Source of the DNA: Amphiscolops sp. MND2022
Taxonomy: Eukaryota
Reading direction: 5' to 3'
NCBI GenBank assembly: GCA_964187785.1
Contig: OZ076409.1
Location: 65,660,001-65,724,000 of the forward strand
Length of the DNA: 64,000 nucleotides
Every line of letters starts with the position of its first letter. Position 1 is the first letter of the stretch. Positions 34,201-44,665 of this stretch are shown piece by piece. The notes under the pieces were generated by a model. That model was not told the DNA's origin. It made no database searches and worked only from the letters and a program-made list of their open reading frames with translations. The position numbers were made by a program, and so were the translations under genes.

Positions 34201-35234
34201 AGGGCTCCGCTAGTGTACCCCTCAGTCCCAACGTCACTGTCTTCCGCACCTGATCCAAGGCTGCCGCTCTGCTTACGGAAGATCTTGATTCGCTGTTTCC
34301 CGGATCCTTGAGGAGTACCTTGGGAGCGAATTCCCACCCGGATCGCTTCTTCCAGTATGTTTTTCATCTGGTGTAGGGAAGAAGTAATGGTTTCTGTGGA
34401 GACGGCACGCAAGATGGAATGAACTTGCCCCTGATTGAAGGCCACAGTCGCATGGCCTACCGGGAGGATGCACGGGTTGGTCTCATTGAAATGCTGATTT
34501 ATGAGCGTTCGAGCAGAGGAAGATAGAGGCCTGGTGGGACTGAAGAGCTTCGGGGAAGATATGCTTGGTAACTCAGCCGAGGTTGATGGCTTAGCATTCT
34601 CATGGGTTTCGGTCCCAGCGGAGCTTAACGCATCCAGTGCAATCAAGAACGGAGGTTCCTTGACGGTCTCAGCACCTGAACTATCAAGCAGTTCTTCAGC
34701 GTCGCTGGTATCTGTTTGGAAGTAATCCGCCTTGGTGACGGAAAATCCAGCCTCACTGACGGCATCATTGCCCCGCTCAATCTCAGTCTCAGGAGACTCC
34801 TTGTCTTGTGACCCAGTCGTGACCTGGGGAATTGGCTCCGACTCGGAAGCCTTCTCTGTATTGGACTCAGGTGCATGGCTTACGATGGCAGATGTAGTGG
34901 GTGGCAAGAAAGAGATGACTAGTCCAGTATCCTGACAACCTAGATTCTGCAACTGACGCTCAATGTATGCTGAGATACTCTCATCGGTGGAAGCGCTGGA
35001 AGTTGGACCAGTCTTAGATGAGCTGTCTTTTGGCGGATCAGGCTGCTTGGACTCCGCGTCCTTTATGGCAGTGGCGGTCTGGTCGTCGACTGTTTCTTCA
35101 GGCTGTTGTGGAACTTCTTCTTCTGTTAAAGTCCCAGTAGCGGTAGCGGGAATGATTTCGTTGTGCTCTTCGGACGACATGTCTAAATAGAAAGAGATAA
35201 AATCAAGCGGAGAACTTCCTGAAAAAGAGTCCAT
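31245..35234 (-). CDS. Antisense spliced gene of element B (~1200 aa, zinc-finger/hAT-transposase-like; late frameshift near 31360)
   Basis: Exons 35234(or ATG 35180)-33402, 33316-32831, 32762-32546, 32394-stop; GT-AG introns of 85, 68, 151 nt. Exon 2 is 486 nt, as in A; exon 3 is 217 nt, equal to A exons 3+4 (135+82). Confidence 0.85.
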
Positions 35235-35859
35235 TGCCGCATTAAAAAATCTTCCGGAAGTAGATATTTGAACTCAAGTGAATGCTTGAGTTATGGGACA
35301 GGAAGTACGTGAAGGAAATGAGAGCCCTGATCAAGCCTCAAACTAGTTCAATACCAAAGATAGAAATGAAAACCCTTGAGACGCTACTGACCTGTGTGGA
35401 CTAAATTGAAGGAGAGAAGTTTTGTATGCAGACTGTGGATGCCGGGTGAATGGTTAATCCTGGAAGTCGGGCTGACGAGAAGAAGTATTTTGGGCTAGAA
35501 GTAGTGGTTGAACAGCAGAAGCTGGGTGAGAGAAGCAGATTCTTCTTTGAAAGAGGGAGAGGATGTTGAATATGGGTGAATTTGCCAAAAGGGACTCAGT
35601 GTCGATTGTCCTAGACTGTCCCAAGAAATCCAGAAGTGTTGTAACAAAGCGAAATTACAAAAGGAAACTTCAAATGAAATGGAAATAAATACAACGCAAA
35701 GACTAAAAGACTAAAGATGATTAAATACTGGCGATAATACAAAGAAAGTAACTAGAGAAGAATTCGAATGTAAAAGAATTGAAAGCTGAATTAGCAATGT
35801 GACAAAGTGTCAAAATTGGAGTTCGTGGCTATACAGTTTGGTGTCAAATTTGTTATTAT

Positions 35860-38200
35860 TGTCACGACCCGCTCCCGGTCGTAATTTCTACTGCTGTAGC
35901 GGTATACCCGGCTTTGGAAGAGGCCGAGGACAAGGCCGAGGTAAACCCTATTAAACTAATTTTAAACTAATCTAAATTCTACTTACAGTACAGCGAAATC
36001 GATTGCAGATAATTTTCCAAATACAAAACCTAGCGTAAACGTTACGGAACACTTTTCAGAAATGATTTTTAGCTAAAGCTTCCGGTCAATTATTCCACGC
36101 GCGTGACAAGATTTTTCATTTCCGGTATGATCTTCTGATTTTCTGCCATACTAATCTAAACACTAAAATGAACATTTATAATTGGGATCATTCTTTCCGC
36201 TGGTCCACACTAAAATGAAAACATTAAAATAAAATTCAATTCCGAGATTCCAACGGAATTCATACAATCTAAAATGAAAAGAAACAGACAAATAATAGAG
36301 CGGAATTGGTTTCCAGTGATGAAGTGGTTGTCAATATTCACTTAAAAGCACAGCCAAGTGATTTAGGCAAATATTTACAACGCTATGGCAACGCCAATCT
36401 ACTGAGCTAATATTAGGAATTTTGCTTCTACGGACCAATAACGTCACTCTATTGATAGAACTATTCTTAGCTAAGCTGAATAGAAGCAATTTCGGTTGCC
36501 CCTAGCAACACCAATTGAAATAAGAGAGAGAGAATGAATTCACCTACGCACTCCGTTTTCTCTCCGCTTGGTCCGATAGCTGAGCTATGAGCAACCTTAA
36601 TACGTACGGGACAGCTACGGAGCGGATTGTAAAATTGTGTTCCGTTGTTCTGCCATAGATAGTCTTAATACGTAGCATCCACGGAGCGAATTGTAAAATC
36701 GTAAATGGAAAATACTGCTTTAAACGAAATCCAAACGAAGCCTTTTAAATCGATGCATTTGAAAAGATTTGAGGGTTATGATTTTATATAAGGAAAACTG
36801 TACTGTAAGGAAGAATGACAGAGAATTGCAATGGTAATTTTATGTTCTGGATTTGTATCATTATAGTAGATCACTAAAACACGTTGACATTACGCCCTAC
36901 TTAGTTTCTCTTTAAGGGAACAAATCCATTTGATTTACTATGGCATTCAATATATATTAATGATAATCCTAAAGTAGGACGTAAGGTCAACGCCAATTCA
37001 TAGGCTCCAAGCCAGTAGTGACAGTTGTATTTCATGATAATGACAATCGGGCTAGTGATCAGACTTCGATTATGTTTTGATAAATCTCATGATTATCGTG
37101 CAAAGTGTTGAAGTTGCTTTCCGTTTATTATTACGAATATGTTGCGCTCATCTTTGTTGTATCTCGTTAAAGTCCCGTTTGGACTTAATTTGTGTTCAAT
37201 GTAAACAATATAGCATACCATTAGCAGGTAATTCATATGTTTGGATTTGAGATTATAATTTCAGCATTGTTTGTTCCTCTATACCAAATTCCCATGTTTT
37301 TTCCTCCGCTTCCAAATTGATTTATTCCGTCGTCGTTCCGTCATCATTTTTGAGTGTCATTCTGTTGCTTCGAATCTCAGTTTCCCAAATTGAAAGTTGA
37401 CTAATTGTTCATGCCGGCGTGCTTACGCTGATGAAAATACAAGCTAGACTTTTATTTTACCGCAATTTTGAGACTCAAACAGGAAATGGGATTGCCTGAA
37501 CAAAAATGATTTCAACAAATTTTACGGAACGCTGACGCAACAAGGAATTTTGATGCCTGATTTTACGACGCGGGACTGAAATGATATGAATCATTAGCGC
37601 TTTTTGTTGAACAAACCCGATTTTTGTGATACCTAGGAATTTTTAGGTGAGGAACAAATGATGCTGGGAAAGTATAAATATGTAGTACATACATGTAAAG
37701 TTAGTTAGTTGTGTTTTGCAAGTTGTAATAAACTTAAACTATTTCCGTTGTTCCAACGTTGAACAAAATCATCTTCGAAGAATTCACCTATTGCCGAAGA
37801 ATCATTTTTTAACATTAAAAAATGACCACTAGAAGCCAGAAGAGGAAAGCTGTAGCTGAGTTAGTGTCAGGAGATTTTGAAGCTTCCTTAGCTGAAAATA
37901 ACTCTACTGAAAACCTGATACCCAGTTCTAGTAAAAATCCTAGACTTGAACTTGAGAACCTGGAGGAAATAAAAACAGCTCTGAGAAAAGAAATAATGAC
38001 TGATCTAGCAAAGATATTAGCCGAAAACCAAAAGGAAATGCTTAAATTAACAGCACCAGCGAACAAGAAACGCCCAGTCAGTTCGAACATACAAGATTCT
38101 GATTCTGACCAAGAAAACATTTCCGTAACGAGAACGTCCACTCCAGTCAAGACACAAACTGCGACTAGTTCTAAAACAACACCGGTTAATAGTCGTAACA
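35860..38200 (+). repeat. 5' LTR of element C
   Basis: Direct repeat of 49944-52284 with at least 6 substitutions seen; TATAAATA ~37673-37680; AATAAA 37727-37732. Confidence 0.96.
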
Positions 38201-39231
38201 TGGTGACAGGAGTCCTCAATGATTCCACTAACCAACCCACCAAACGACCAAAAACGCAACGTATACTCAACGAACAACAAAAAGACCGTCCCTCCACATC
38301 AAAGATCCTGTTCGCCCCACAACCACAGACATTCCCATCAACCGACCTACTTCCGATGCCGAAAGCACTCACTGCTTCGCTCCCAGTTTTCGATGGTAAG
38401 TCCGAAAAGTTTGAACTTTTTGAGGACCTATTCCGAAACAATATCAAAATGTATCCTCACCTAACCGAGATACAAAAGATCAACTACTTCCATTCACTCC
38501 TACGAGGAAACGCACTACAAGCGTATTGTAATCTCGATGACACCAAAAAAGACAATCTAGAAGAAGTCATAACGGCATTTAAACGCCGCTTTGGTGATTT
38601 CCAATCATCCGCTAAAGCGAGATGTGAGTGGGACGCCCTGCACTTTGACCCCACTAAACAGAAACTTCATGAGTTCCTTGACACCCTGCAAAAAACTGCG
38701 AAGGAAGCATTCGGCTCAGAAGCACAAAAATTCATTGATAAAGCAATCTACGCCAAAATGCCAGATCACGTCAAAAAGATCCTCAACAGAGCATATTTGG
38801 AAGATAAACCCTACAATGACATAGTTTTACATCTTGAGAGAGAAATGAGATTAAACGGACTAGGTGCGCCTGATGAAACAACCCTAGTCCCACTCAACAC
38901 AGTGGACGCTGTAGTGACGGACCATCAAAAAGACCAACAACAACGAGGCCATTGTTTTCACTGTGGCAAATATGGCCACTACAAGGCACAGTGTCGCAAA
39001 CTTCAACGAGAACGTTATAATACAGCCAAAACAAACCCAAAAGACCCAGCCCAAAACGAAGTACCCAAACCCAAGTGTGATACATGTGGCAAGATGCACA
39101 AAACTGAGAATTGTTGGAACGGAGCCAACGCAGCAAATGATCCCAGAAAGAAGAAACGAGAATTCACCATCCCAACCAACAAAATCAGTGAACAACCTGT
39201 ACCTACCACGTCCTCTCAGCCAAAAAACTAA
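37822..39231 (+). CDS. gag: Gag of element C (469 aa; starts inside the LTR)
   Basis: FDGKSEKFELFEDLF core; CCHC knuckles CFHCGKYGHYKAQC and CDTCGKMHKTENC; ends A AAA AAC TAA (39222-39231). Confidence 0.93.
   Translation: MTTRSQKRKAVAELVSGDFEASLAENNSTENLIPSSSKNPRLELENLEEIKTALRKEIMTDLAKILAENQKEMLKLTAPANKKRPVSSNIQDSDSDQENISVTRTSTPVKTQTATSSKTTPVNSRNMVTGVLNDSTNQPTKRPKTQRILNEQQKDRPSTSKILFAPQPQTFPSTDLLPMPKALTASLPVFDGKSEKFELFEDLFRNNIKMYPHLTEIQKINYFHSLLRGNALQAYCNLDDTKKDNLEEVITAFKRRFGDFQSSAKARCEWDALHFDPTKQKLHEFLDTLQKTAKEAFGSEAQKFIDKAIYAKMPDHVKKILNRAYLEDKPYNDIVLHLEREMRLNGLGAPDETTLVPLNTVDAVVTDHQKDQQQRGHCFHCGKYGHYKAQCRKLQRERYNTAKTNPKDPAQNEVPKPKCDTCGKMHKTENCWNGANAANDPRKKKREFTIPTNKISEQPVPTTSSQPKN
38201..38212 (+). 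other. Primer binding site of element C
   Basis: TGGTGACAGGAG abutting the LTR end. Confidence 0.9.
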
Positions 39232-42200
39232 AATCGCCGCGCCTACGATTTGGGGAAAAAGTAGACGCGAGGGCGTACACGATAGAGGACCCCCCAAACA
39301 GGTATGAAGAAGATTTTTTAACTGAATGTAATGAAGAACCAACTCAAGACTGGCAACGCCGATGGAACGTAGGTATGATACTCAGGCATAACGCCAGACA
39401 CCCAGAAGATCCAACACCACTACCCCAGTGGATAACAGAATCGCCCGATAACTATGCGACACTCAAAAGACCGTTACCGGAATCAAAAACAGATCGAATT
39501 TATATATATGACAGAGACTATAGATGTGACCCTTGGGATGAACCAACCATCTATGATACAAATAAACTATCCTTCAAAATCCAAGTCTCAAACCCTCAAG
39601 CTCAAACCACGAAGACCACAAACCTACCGTCACCGCCGTCACCGATCCTGAAAAGAACAACACCGTCCCCAACAGCACCCGTCACCGTCACGTCCACACC
39701 GATCGATGCCGAAAATATCATATGCATTGAAGACAAAACAATATGGGCACGACAAGCAAGAGAACAGCGAGAAAACACAGCTTCGCTCTCGTCACCACCG
39801 CAAACCGCGCCAGCCACAGCAATAGCCGCTGAAGACGAAGAAATAATGGAATGCCACCCAACACTACCAGAAGATCTAGATGTCATCAAAGAATTCATTC
39901 AACACGACAAGGAAGACGACTACATCCCGTTAATGTCTGCAATTGCCCTCAAGAAGAAAAAGAGAATGCTCTTCCTACCAATTGAATTCAACACTGTCAA
40001 AATCGAAGCCTTAGTCGACTCAGGTGCGTACATTAATGCTATTAGCGAAAGGGATGCTGAAAAACTCCACCAAAATGCGAGTCAATGCATTATTAACAAA
40101 GCACCTCCACCCCCTTTCAAAGTGCAATACGCCAATGCCGAACTAGAACAACCACTTGCCACGTACACTCTACGCTTCAAAATAGGAGATTACACTTTTG
40201 AAGAAACATTCATTATCATGAATCAAACGTCATTCCCCATAATTGGATTAGCGTTTCTACGAAAGCATGCCGCAATCCTTGACACGGCACAGGGAACCAT
40301 CAACTTTCCCAAGATCCAAATCACGATGGCGCTCACAGACGAAAGACAAAAGTGCAATCCAAAACCCATCACGATAAAGACCGAAGCCAAACACACAATT
40401 CCAGCACACTCTACCCGAATCATATACGCAACAATCCCTGTGAGTACCGAACACTCAATAACGGGCACAATACAACCCCTACCACAATTCGATGAATGCG
40501 CGAAAGTAATAGTAGCCCCAGCGATTACAACAGCTAGAGATAAAAAGCTCCCAATTAAAATCGCCAACACCACGGATTTTCCATACACAATAGCCAACGA
40601 CACCAAAATGGCCGAACTGCAAATCCTGAAACCCGAAGAAACGAAGATGATCCGCCCAGTTGACATTGCTGCCCTGAATCTCCTCAATGACCATGACGAT
40701 GTGGTCACGTACATCAACGCACTAATGCAAGTAGAACGGCCAGAAGACAACGAAGAAAAATTCTGGTTCCCGACCCCAGAACACCCAGGCAACGAACAAG
40801 AACATTCGCCCATACAAAAGCGAATCCTGAAAGAACTGCGGGACCTTGCTGAATTAGAAAAACTTGACCCAACCGAAAACGAAGACTCTCGCAACAAATT
40901 TCTATCAATGTTCAAATGGACAGACTCACTAATTACGGGCAAAGACCGTGAAAAACTTGAGGACACCATTGTTGAATTCAATGACATCTTTGCTCGACAC
41001 CGACTAGATATCGGGATGAATACACAGTTCAAAGTCAGCCTAACACCACAGGACGACAAACCAGTCTACACACAGAGCTTACCCGTCCCGATCAACCTCA
41101 AAGAAGACCTAACAGTGGAACTGGCACTGATGCACAAATACGGCATCATCACGACACTCCCCTTCTCCAAGTACGCCAGTCCTATATTTGCACAACGGAA
41201 ATCCAACGGCAAACTGAGACTACTGGTGGATCTGCGCAAAATCAACGCACTCATAGCAGATGACTACATCAACAACAACCACCCTGTCAGCACCCTCTCA
41301 GATGCGGCACAACACCTAGCAGGGAAAAAACTATTCTGCAAACTTGACTGCTCCCAGGCGTACCACTGCCTTCAAATGGCAGACCAAAGGTCAGTAGAGT
41401 TACTTGCTTTTAATTTTGCTAGTAGAACGTTCGCCTACCGTCGTCTGGCACAAGGACTAAGCAGAGCTCTATCAGCCTTTTCGAGCTTCATGCGTGAGTA
41501 TCTGGACTCAGTCATTAAAGCCGATCAATGTGCACAATACGTAGATGACATTGGCATTGCCGCAAACACAACGGAACAGCTCATAAAAAACATCAGAGCA
41601 GTCTTCAAATGCATCCGGAAAGCAGGACTAAAACTAACCATCGAAAAATGTCATTTTGGAGTAACCCAAATCGAATTTCTTGGACGAACCATCACCCCTG
41701 ACGGAGTAGCCCCGCAAGACCAAAAAGTCAAAAATTTCCTCTCCAAAGTACGCTTCCCCAAATCCAAAAAACAAGTTCAAAAGTACATTGGCTTTGTTAA
41801 CTATTACCGCAACTACATACCGCGCTTATCAGAAAAACTCATCGGCATGTACGAACTTCTTAAAGCAGACTCCAAAATCAGAATTTCAGAAGAACTTGTC
41901 GATAACTTTAAGGAAATCAACGCCAGTTTAGCGGAAGCTTGTGGACTCGCACTAAGACAGCCTATAGCAGGGAAACAGTACGTCCTAATGACGGACGCAA
42001 GCTTTCGTGCGTCAGGCTACGCCCTAATGATTGAGGAGAATGATGAACGCAAAATACTCTCCAAACGGAAAACTTTCGCACCAGTAGCGTTCGGATCACG
42101 AGTTTTTTCACCTGCACAACTGAAAATGTCTATCTACTGCAAGGAATTCTTAGCAATCTATCATGCATTCCTCGAATACAGTCACATACTTTGGGAAGCA

Positions 42201-44519
42201 ACAATTCCAACCCTGGTCTTAACGGACAACCGCTCAGTAACGAGATTCTTCCAGACCAAAACGACACCCCCTGCACTCTGGAATGCCTGTGACTATGTAT
42301 TACAATTCAAGTTTCGAATCATGCACGTAGCAGGCTCCCAAAACACAGCAGCAGATTTTCTCTCAAGACTCGAACTTACACCGAAAGAAAAAGTACAACT
42401 TAAGCTACGAGACGACATCCTAACGTCCCCAATTGAGGTCAATCTACAATCATCAGATGTAGCTGATGAAGAACAACTTTTCTTCCTACCTGATGACGAA
42501 GATGAATCCGAACAAGAAATCTTCGCCCGAAAAGCACTCAGCAAACGACGCGCCCTAGACGAACATGAGAGAGAATTATCAACAAAAGTAACCGAAGTCA
42601 TCAAGATACCACTCAACTCTGCAGTCTACTCCTTCGGTGCAATCAAAGAAAATGCACGGATCAGAAACGAACAAGATGCAGACCCTCTCCTCAAAGCACT
42701 GAAACAACGGATCTCACATGAAGAATATGACAAACACCTCCTCAAAACTGAACCACGAGGACGAAACCTATTACGCCACGAAGAAAGAATCATAATGAAA
42801 GATGGAGTTCTGATGCGGAAATACTACGGAGAAGACGGATCAGTCACCCATAATCAAATCATAATTCCGAAACACCTAGTCCCAGAACTCTTGGCCACTC
42901 TACATGGGAAAACAAATAAACATCCAGGAATCGCAAAAATGATACAAGAATGCAGAGCGAAATACTACTTCCCGGGTCTTGCACGTAAAATCAGAGCTTG
43001 GGTAACCAGCTGTCAAGACTGCATTGCCAATAAAAGAATTGACACAAGACAAATACGCCCCAAAATGCTAAGCAACACTGAATTCACAATGGGACCAGAA
43101 GACTGCCTAGAAGTAGACATTCTACCAAACCTACCTTCCTCAAATGGATACCAACACATCATCACGATGATGGACGTTTTTTCACGTTACCTTTTCGCTT
43201 ACCCGACACAGGACATGACAGCCAAAACAGTCGCACGATGCATAATAGACGTCATGACACGACACTGCTACCTGCCGACCGTCATTCTAACAGATAAAGG
43301 ATCACAATTCAGGTCAGAAGTAGTCAATCAAATAACACAAACATTGGATATACGGATAAGCCACGCATCGACGAAACACGCTCAAACAATTGGCATCCTA
43401 GAAAGGACTCATGCCTCTTTGAAAACCTCCCTAAAGATATCAACGGGGGAACGACGCTCTATGTGGCATAAATATGTCCAGATCGCAGTCATGAACTACA
43501 ATACGAGCTATCATGAAAGCCTAGGTTGCGAACCTACAACAGTATTTCACGGACGCATTCCGTACAACATCCTAGACATAAAACTCGGATTGAAACCTGA
43601 ATGGAAAAAAGATAACAACGAAGAACTGACGGATCAACTACAGAAGCAAATATCCGAAATACACCATGCCGCCAAAGAAAATCTAATGCAGTCCTACTTA
43701 AAGTACAAACAGTACTATGACAAGAAAGCAACAGCAACACCGCTCAAAGTCAACGACTACTGCTACGTCCTTAATCCGAAGGCAGACAACCAGTCAATGA
43801 AATTTGCCTTTAAAGATTGCATCTGGACTGGACCCTACATAGTAGTCAAAGTACTCTCAAACAACAACTACGTCGTACGCCGCACGGGAACTAGGTATAC
43901 TCAAACCCTCCACAGAATTCGCCTAAGGCTATATGCGCCCAATCAGCGAGTACCTGACGTAACAGTCAGAAGGGAAGATTACCTTCCAGACCCAGAGGTT
44001 AAAACAACCCACAATGATTGGTACGCGCAAGCTTGGGAAACCGAATTCGGAGAAGTTCTGTTCGGAAGCAATACCGAAAACGCCGCAGAAGAAGCCACAG
44101 TTACAGAAATCGCAGACACAACAGGACGCAACGAAACTACAACGGAAAATGATGTGGTTAAAACAACCACCAATGGAAACACAGTGGAAAATGACGTGGT
44201 TCAAACAACCACACACGAAGCTACAACGGAAACCGACGTGGCTCAAACAGCCACAAATGAAAATACTACAGCAGATAAAACACCTTCCGACAATATAACG
44301 TCATTTGATCTAGATGTCAGCGATAACCCATATATTTTGACCCCACCACCGATACACAGCCCTCCCAAAACACCCGAATTACCGCCTATAGTTGTTGGAT
44401 ACAATCCTAGAAAAGTGGGACGATACAATTTGAGACCTAATCCGAGACCCAACGTGGACCCTGACTTCAGAATGCTAAACTCAACTACAGCGGACGATTT
44501 ACGTCAAACTCAAAACTAA
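39228..44519 (+). CDS. pol: Pol of element C
   Basis: -1 frame open from the slippery site (LKSPRLR...); LVDSGA, QYVDD, LMTDAS, HHCC, EVDIL/LTDKG/LERTH and WTGPY motifs. Confidence 0.97.
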   Translation, partial: LKSPRLRFGEKVDARAYTIEDPPNRYEEDFLTECNEEPTQDWQRRWNVGMILRHNARHPEDPTPLPQWITESPDNYATLKRPLPESKTDRIYIYDRDYRCDPWDEPTIYDTNKLSFKIQVSNPQAQTTKTTNLPSPPSPILKRTTPSPTAPVTVTSTPIDAENIICIEDKTIWARQAREQRENTASLSSPPQTAPATAIAAEDEEIMECHPTLPEDLDVIKEFIQHDKEDDYIPLMSAIALKKKKRMLFLPIEFNTVKIEALVDSGAYINAISERDAEKLHQNASQCIINKAPPPPFKVQYANAELEQPLATYTLRFKIGDYTFEETFIIMNQTSFPIIGLAFLRKHAAILDTAQGTINFPKIQITMALTDERQKCNPKPITIKTEAKHTIPAHSTRIIYATIPVSTEHSITGTIQPLPQFDECAKVIVAPAITTARDKKLPIKIANTTDFPYTIANDTKMAELQILKPEETKMIRPVDIAALNLLNDHDDVVTYINALMQVERPEDNEEKFWFPTPEHPGNEQEHSPIQKRILKELRDLAELEKLDPTENEDSRNKFLSMFKWTDSLITGKDREKLEDTIVEFNDIFARHRLDIGMNTQFKVSLTPQDDKPVYTQSLPVPINLKEDLTVELALMHKYGIITTLPFSKYASPIFAQRKSNGKLRLLVDLRKINALIADDYINNNHPVSTLSDAAQHLAGKKLFCKLDCSQAYHCLQMADQRSVELLAFNFASRTFAYRRLAQGLSRALSAFSSFMREYLDSVIKADQCAQYVDDIGIAANTTEQLIKNIRAVFKCIRKAGLKLTIEKCHFGVTQIEFLGRTITPDGVAPQDQKVKNFLSKVRFPKSKKQVQKYIGFVNYYRNYIPRLSEKLIGMYELLKADSKIRISEELVDNFKEINASLAEACGLALRQPIAGKQYVLMTDASFRASGYALMIEENDERKILSKRKTFAPVAFGSRVFSPAQLKMSIYCKEFLAIYHAFLEYSHILWEATIPTLVLTDNRSVTRFFQTKTTPPALWNACDYVLQFKFRIMHVAGSQNTAADFLSRLELTPKEKVQLKLRDDILTSPIEVNLQSSDVADEEQLFFLPDDEDESEQEIFARKALSKRRALDEHERELSTKVTEVIKIPLNSAVYSFGAIKENARIRNEQDADPLLKALKQRISHEEYDKHLLKTEPRGRNLLRHEERIIMKDGVLMRKYYGEDGSVTHNQIIIPKHLVPELLATLHGKTNKHPGIAKMIQECRAKYYFPGLARKIRAWVTSCQDCIANKRIDTRQIRPKMLSNTEFTMGPEDCLEVDILPNLPSSNGYQHIITMMDVFSRYLFAYPTQDMTAKTVARCIIDVMTRHCYLPTVILTDKGSQFRSEVVNQITQTLDIRISHASTKHAQTIGILERTHASLKTSLKISTGERRSMWHKYVQIAVMNYNTSYHESLGCEPTTVFHGRIPYNILDIKLGLKPEWKKDNNEELTDQLQKQISEIHHAAKENLMQSYLKYKQYYDKKATATPLKVNDYCYVLNPKADNQSMKFAFKDCIWTGPYIVVKVLSNNNYVVRRTGTRYTQTLHRIRLRLYAPNQRVPDVTVRREDYLPDPEVKTTHNDWYAQAWETEFGEVLFGSNTENAAEEATVTEIADTTGRNETTTENDVVKTTTNGNTVENDVVQTTTHEATTETDVAQTATNENTTADKTPSDNITSFDLDVSDNPYILTPPPIHSPPKTPELPPIVVGYNPRKVGRYNLRPNPRPNVDPDFRMLNSTTADDLRQTQN

Positions 44520-44665
44520 CTGAAAACAATCAGCAGGCTAAACCGAACCGGAGTAGCTACGTAAAATTATCATCTAAACTAAAAAGAACAGCAACAAAGC
44601 CAAAATTATAGTTCCTTCAGAATCATCAAAACATAATAAAAGTCTACAAATCGTCACAACACAAA

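Noticed and set aside
40223..41059. 278-aa minus-strand ORF and similar shadow ORFs opposite gag/pol
   Set aside because: Antisense shadows of biased coding sequence; not conserved as ORFs among A, B and C
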